From Scyliorhinus canicula (taxonomy: Eukaryota): a stretch of 64,000 nucleotides of DNA. Under the pieces are notes generated by a model. The model did not search any database and was not told the origin of the DNA. It saw only the letters and a program-made list of their open reading frames with translations. A program made the position numbers and the translations under genes. The stretch's first letter is position 1. Each line of letters starts with the position of its first letter. This document shows, piece by piece, positions 57,955 to 64,000 of the stretch. Where the stretch lies: assembly GCF_902713615.1 (NCBI RefSeq), contig NC_052171.1, positions 23,968,324-24,032,323 of the forward strand. The letters are read 5' to 3'.

Positions 57955-60900
57955 AGCTCTGTAACCTTTCCTCTTCAAATCCCCTTTGTAAGTTATGGTT
58001 GAATCACCTTCAACACTTCCTGGCAAGCAGTCAATTCCAGATGTGTAAAAAAATTAATCTCCCCTCTAGTCCTTTTGCCAATTAGCTTAAATCTGTACCT
58101 TCTGGTTATAAACCCACCCACCAGTACCAACAGTTCCTCTTTATTTACCTGATTTAAAACTCTGCCTGATTGTGAATGTCCCTCAATAATGTCTCCTTCT
58201 CCAGCACTGAAAATCTACTCTACACCCTCTCAAAAAACCTGAACATCATTTCAAAAAGAGTCATGGCTTGAATTGAGCAAAATTCCCCAGCAGAAGTCTA
58301 ACCAATGATTTATCAGAGGTGATCTGGTTACGTTCATGTTTATGAGAGCTTGCTGTGCATTAATTGACTGCTGTTTCAAAACATTGCAACACTTGACTAC
58401 ACTTCAAAGGGGTCTTTATTTACTACATTGCACTTTGGGATAATCTGCAGTGGTGACAGGAGCTGGAGAAATGCAAAATCATTCTTTCTTTCTTGAATAT
58501 ATTCATTCGTCACCCACCATAATGTCAGCAACAAGTCTTAATTCAAGTTCCATTTCCTCTGCTTAGTCCGCTCGCACGCTCCATAATGACTCCTCAGCGT
58601 GATGTGAAATATTGTGGAAAATCAGTTCTATTCCTGACACAGCAGACCTAAAAATAAGTGAGGAGCAACAAGCTTCTTCCGTCATCAACTTTCTCTCAGC
58701 TGCTTATGTTGGCACGATTCTGCTGTACGAGCCCACTGCAATTATTTGAATTTTGTACATCAGAACACTTGGCGTTGGAGGATGTCATCAGAAAGTAAAG
58801 GGTCTGTTCAGAGTCAGAACGGGAACCTGCCCCAAAGAAGGAAGGTCAAGGCCACCAGGAAGGAGGTCAATGAGCATCTCACATGCACTTCAGGAACAAG
58901 AGGAGGCCATGAATCAGATGAGAGTTCATCTCCATTTTTCTGTTTCTGTTTTATATTCCTCCATACTCTCGCCCAGAAGAAACGTGTCTGTCTTAAAAGC
59001 TCTTTTTTGGGTGGAGAGTTCCAGATTTATCTGTTGTCCTTGCGAGCAATAGTAATGATGAGACAGAGTGTCTCAGCTTGTGTGAAACAGACGCCTGCGA
59101 TGGCGCATATACTTCATAATCTGAAGGTCTTTCAGATAAGATTAAACCAGGTATCGGACAAACACCCAGAATGAAGAGTAAAGAGTTCTCCACAGTATAT
59201 TGGCCCTTATGAATCCTCAATCATCATTTCAAAGTCCGCTTATCTGATCATTGAGCTCATTGCTGTTTGTGGGATCTGCCTGTGCACAAATTGCCTATAT
59301 TACAACAGCACAACACTTCAGAAGTAATGTGCTGAAACTGAAGTGTTTGGGGATGCTCAGAAGATGTGGATGTGAGCTCGCACAAATGGGTGCGCGCACA
59401 TTTTCCTGATCGGCTCACAACAGCAAAAACTTGCCTCTCATGCCTTCGACAAAGAAATGCTCCAAAGTGGAATGAGACGAAAGTGAAATTAACATCGAGC
59501 CAAAGGAGCAGTGTCCAAAAGCGTGGCTAAACAGGTGGCCTTTAAGGAGGGTCGGCAGAGAGGTGAAGAAGCAGAGAACTTCAGGGAGAGATTCCCAAAG
59601 CCACTGTGATGAATGCTTTCAAGTAGGAGCTGGACCTGCTTCTCTGGGATGGAGATCACCTTGTGCAAAAGAGGAGACAGAGCAGCAATGATTGGGGCCA
59701 GAGTGTGGTCTGAAGACAAGTTTCATCTAAAAGACAAGAATCTGCTTTTGCCAAATTGGCCTGGTTTTGATTCGGTGTCTTGCCTCTCTCAGCAGATCAC
59801 GTGGTTTTGGTTGGGGTATGGTGACTGTCTCTGGATGGACCACAGAGTATTTTCCTGTTCGTCATTGTAACGCATCTGTGGCAATTGCACAAAGGTCTGA
59901 TTTTTAAATTCTGTCACATTTTATTTCCATCTCATTTCCAAACATTGAAGTGACTTCCAGCAGCTCAGAAACCCTCAGTGAAATGGTCCAGAGACAATGC
60001 AGGCTGTGGCCAGGCTATGGTCAAAACAATACCCCATTCTTGTTCTTTCTCCCCGTTGATGAAATCAGGTCCCATCCTCTTTCCTCAGAGAAGGAAAGAT
60101 GAGGGAGCAGCCCGTCCTGCTCGGAACCTCATTCACTGAGCAACTTGTATTTATAGAACACCCTTAAACACTGCACCGTGTCCCAAGCTACTTCACATGA
60201 GTATCACTGAACAATGTTTGGACACCAAGGCACATGAAGAGATATCTAGGACAGGTGACAAAATACATGGTCAAGGAAGCAGCATTTAGGAATCATCTTA
60301 AATGGAGAATGAGAAGTGGAGAAGTGTAGGGAGGGAATTTCAGAACTTAGTGCCGTGGTAGGAGTGAGTTGAATCTGAGATGCTCAAGAGGTCGGAATTG
60401 GAGGAGCGTAGAAATCTCAGAGGGTTTTAGGGTTAGAGACGGTATCAGAGATAGTGAGGGGAGTGACCACAGAGGGATTTAATCAGGGTAAGGAGACCCA
60501 ATGCCTCAACGGGGTGAATGGATCGGCCATTGCGGGGTAAGTCCTGGGTTCAGAGCCTGATGCTGCCCTCAAAAAACTCCATTCAATTGGGGAAAGGAAT
60601 CCAGGACAGAGGGAGCAGGGTCCTTACTAATGATCTCAACGTCTCACGAGGGGCAGGGGCAGAAATGACAAAGAGGTCTGCAAGCAGGGTTAGACACTTC
60701 CCATTCACCATGATGGCCATGAACAGGTAGCATTGAATCCTGCAATGCCCCATAGAATTAAACAGTGCACAATCAGTAATTTATGGACCAACACAGAACC
60801 TCTTGGAAACAAAGCAGGCCAACTAACCACAGTGTCTTAACTCAAGCAGTTATTTCTAACTCAGTAACTTCTGACCGTTTCCCATCTCCCAGCAGATCAG

Positions 60901-61409
60901 TACTTCCCCTAATCATATCAACATAATTGATGGGTGTTCATTCTCAAATACTGAAACCGCCTGGGGTTTTTTCCTATTCCCTGTAGTGTCTGATGTAAAC
61001 ATTACCAAAACACTTTTCACCAGAATTGTATTACAGCGAAATGACCACACTTTCTATAAAAACACATGCACATCGAAATAAAAATCCCACTGTGGCTACT
61101 GAGTCACATGCTGGCCCAACCTGTTTCCTGTGTGTGTCTTTACAACAATGTTGGCACGGTGCAGTGCATTACAGACATGCTTTGGGACTGAGATGAGAAA
61201 GCGGGAAATGAGGGGCCCACATGGTGATGCCACCCTCCCTCCCCATTCCATTCACTCTCCACTTGCCATTCTATAAGATTAGGAAATTGTGGTGGGCCTC
61301 CCACTGCTCACAGCAGGTAGCCAGAGAGAGGAGGCGAGGAGATCCTCCACAATGTACCTGGGTATCGGGATTGGTAACTGAATGTAATTGCAGACGGTGA
61401 TATGTCACA

Positions 61410-61720
61410 GTATCATAGAATTTACAGTGCAGAAGGAGGCCATTCGGCCCATCGAGTCTGCACCGGCCCTTGGAAAGAGCACCCTATTTGAGCCCATGCT
61501 GCCACCAAACCTTTTGGACACTAAGGGCAACATCATGGCGAATCTACCTAACCTGCACATCTTTAGACTGTGGGAGGAAACCGGAGCACCCGGAGGAAAC
61601 CCACGCAGACACGGGGAGAACGTGCAAGCTCCGCACTGACAGTGACCCAAGCCGGGAACCGAACCTGAAACCCTGGAGCTGTGAAGCAAATGTGCTAACC
61701 ACTGTGCAACCGTGGTGCCC
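61410..61720 (-). mobile_element. V-SINE
   Basis: V-domain, head, tail. Confidence 0.85.
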
Positions 61721-62167
61721 CGAGCTACACCAGTCATTCTCTCAACAAAATCTCAGTCACTGCGGTGTCTCACAGCCCCCCTCTCCCCACCCCAAGCATT
61801 GGTTAATTTGGGCGCTAGCTAAACCAAGTGTTGCATGATACCACCTGGGTGCCAGCTGCAAGCAACTAACCAGCTCCACAACAGCACATATATACTTCAA
61901 CACACTCTCAGGCAGCATCAAGCACTTCATCAGCTCTGGTCCAGGGGCAGACTGAGAACACCCAATCCTGCCAACTGCGGACTGGCACAACCCTGCCCAC
62001 ACCACATCCACAGCAAAGAGCATGTTTAAAACAGCGATCACAAAGTTGGGAACTCTTTCACACTTCACTTCAATGGCAGCTGAGACTCGGAGATGTTCAC
62101 AAGACTCAGGCAGACTGACATTGAGTGAAGTTACACATTTCCAGTGCCCTTCGCGACAGTGACTTAC

Positions 62168-62480
62168 TTGCAAAGGTTGCCGGAGATCAGAGCCCCGGAA
62201 TACATCCAGCCAACTGCAGAAACAGTGAAGCACTTTACATTAACTCTGCCTTGGCAACAGGCAGCAATGGTGCACTTTGCTGAGTTGGGCAGTGAATAGT
62301 GACACTTACCCACCCTCTGCCAGAATCCCTTTCACTGTCCACAATTCCTCTCTGCTTCACGCTGCTCATTTCAACACCAAACTCCGCCAAATGGGAACTT
62401 TCTGACAGTCAGCTCCGCCCTCCCACCCCCAGCTCATTGGCCCCAGCCGCTTGTGGGGCCCACCCCTTAAAAGGGTCTGT
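62168..62480 (-). promoter_or_regulatory. Candidate ARID5 promoter / first exon(s)
   Basis: Two consensus donors (TGG|gtaagt at 62310, CAA|gtaagt at 62168). An ATG at 62369 gives 20 codons ending in phase 0. Also a GC box (CCGCCC), CACCC, CCAAT (rc ATTGG) and a kB-like GGGAACTTTC at 62393. Confidence 0.4.
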
Positions 62481-63039
62481 CGCGCACTGCTGCAAAGAGC
62501 TCACACCGCAATGCTGGAGCAGCACGTTCAGCAGTCTGCACTGACAGCATGCTGCCTCTCGCCCCTAGCCCACATCCAGGTGGACTGAAGGAGAGAGAGA
62601 CCTGCACAAACTCAGGGCAATCCATAATGCTTTCCTGCCACTCATGTGTGGTCACTGGCCAGGCATGCAGCCCATTGACACACAGCAAGATCCCACAAAC
62701 AGCCACCAGATAATAACCCAGTCGGTTTTAGTGCTGTTCATTGAGGTATAAACAGTGATCACAACACTGGCCAGAGCTTCCTCCTCTGCTCCGGAATGGT
62801 GCATGGAACCTCTGCCATGATCCCAAGGGGGCAGACTAGAAAGTTGCCATGCTTCCCGCCAGCAGAGATGGCCCACAATTGGACTTCTGGTCTGCCACTG
62901 TCAATGAGAGCTCCCCGCTGACCGAATGGCTGCAAAAGTCAGGCCTTTGGCCCAAGTCTGTTCCCCAGCTATGTGGCTGCAAGCACAGAGAACCGAAAAA
63001 CCCTCATCAAAAATGGGGGGGGGGGTGTCATGGTGGAGG

Positions 63040-63515
63040 GGAAAGTTCACAGTCTGATACCGTTGACCTCAGTGTTGAGTCCAGAAGGCGGTAACGCGCC
63101 CAATCGGAAGATGAGGTGTCAGACTTCACACTGGAACATTGCAGCAGGCCAAGAACAGACACGTGGGCGTGTGAGCAGCATGGCAAGTCCAAATGGGAAG
63201 TGACAGGAAGATTGGGGTCGTGCTTGTGGACTGAGCAAAGTGTTCCACAAAGCGGTCACCAGTCTGAGTTTAGTCTCTCCAGTGTAAACCGGACCTCATC
63301 GGCAGCAGCAAAGACAGTGGGCCAAATTGAAGGAGGTGCAGGCGAGACGCTGAAAGGAATATTTGGGCCCATGGACAGTGAGAAGTGAGTAGGTAAAGAG
63401 ACAGCTTTTGCACCTTTTGTGATTGCATGGGACGGTGCCGTGGGAAGGGGATGAAGGGTTGGGGCATTGGAAGTGTAGACCAAGGTGTCAAGGAAGGATT
63501 GGTCCATGCAGAATG
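63040..63515 (-). mobile_element. Penelope-like element GIY-YIG endonuclease remnant
   Basis: Minus strand FTCTSFNLAHCLCC...VYTGETKLRL and HLIFRLGAL.PSGLNTE match the PLE C-terminal endonuclease. Confidence 0.7.
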
Positions 63516-63527
63516 GACCAGACAGAG

Positions 63528-64000
63528 AGTCAGTACTGAGGGAGTGCTGCACTGTCAGAGGGTCAGTACTGAGGGAGTGCCGCACTGTCAGAGGGTCAGT
63601 ACTGAGGGAGTGCCGCACTGTCAGAGGGTCAGTACTGAGGGAGTGCCGCACTGTCAGAGGGTCAGTACTGAGGGAGTGCCGCACTGTCAGAGGGTCAGTA
63701 ATGAGGGAGCGCCGCACTGTCAGAGGGTCAGTAATGAGGGAGCGCCGCACTGTCAGAGGGTCAGTAATGAGGGAGCGCCGCACTGTCAGAGGGTCAGTAA
63801 TGAGGGAGCGCCGCACTGTCAGAGGGTCAGTAATGAGGGAGCGCCGCACTGTCAGAGGGTCAGTGCTGAGGGAGTGCTGCACTGTCAGAGGGTCAGTGCT
63901 GAGGGAGTGCTGCACTGTCAGAGGGTCAGTGCTGAGGGAGTGCTGCACTGTCAGACGGTCAGTACTAAGGGAGTGCTGCACTGTCAGAGGGTCAGTACTG
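63528..64000. repeat. 33-bp minisatellite GTCAGTACTGAGGGAGTGCCGCACTGTCAGAGG, >=14 copies, runs off the right edge
   Basis: Direct tandem units. The core matches the Deu-SINE segments at ~43810 and ~53525. Confidence 0.95.

Noticed and set aside
63256-63981. 241-aa repetitive ORF
   Set aside because: Translation of the 33-bp minisatellite running into an out-of-frame Penelope remnant.

Overview
Vertebrate genomic DNA. The HE1/V-type SINEs with CR1 tails and the Deu-domain SINEs point to a shark, possibly a catshark (inference). Three intron-containing genes were reconstructed by hand from GT-AG splice sites and remembered protein similarity. (1) On the minus strand, the 5' part of a divergent Slo-family (KCNMA1/KCNU1-like, BK) potassium-channel alpha subunit: coding exons 8876-8637, 5432-5319 and 3719-3600, with the rest beyond the left edge. 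(2) On the plus strand, a complete 7-coding-exon ASPDH (17151-29338, 285 aa), head-to-head with the channel gene. (3) On the minus strand, an ARID5-family transcription factor (five coding exons, 54199-35454, 774 aa from the ATG at 54199), tail-to-tail with ASPDH. Most remaining sequence is repeat-derived: about 20 V-SINEs, CR1/L1/RTE LINE fragments, Gypsy remnants and solo LTRs with TSDs, a hAT (Charlie/Buster) element, PIF/Harbinger remnants and MITEs, Penelope-like pieces carrying hammerhead-type motifs, and five minisatellites. The most interesting items are the odd Slo and ARID5 paralogues next to ASPDH, a retroelement-derived minisatellite that forms a tandem array of splice-acceptor mimics inside an ASPDH intron, and a hammerhead-bearing palindromic insertion. 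No database searches were run; homology calls rest on remembered sequences, and repeat boundaries without TSDs are approximate.
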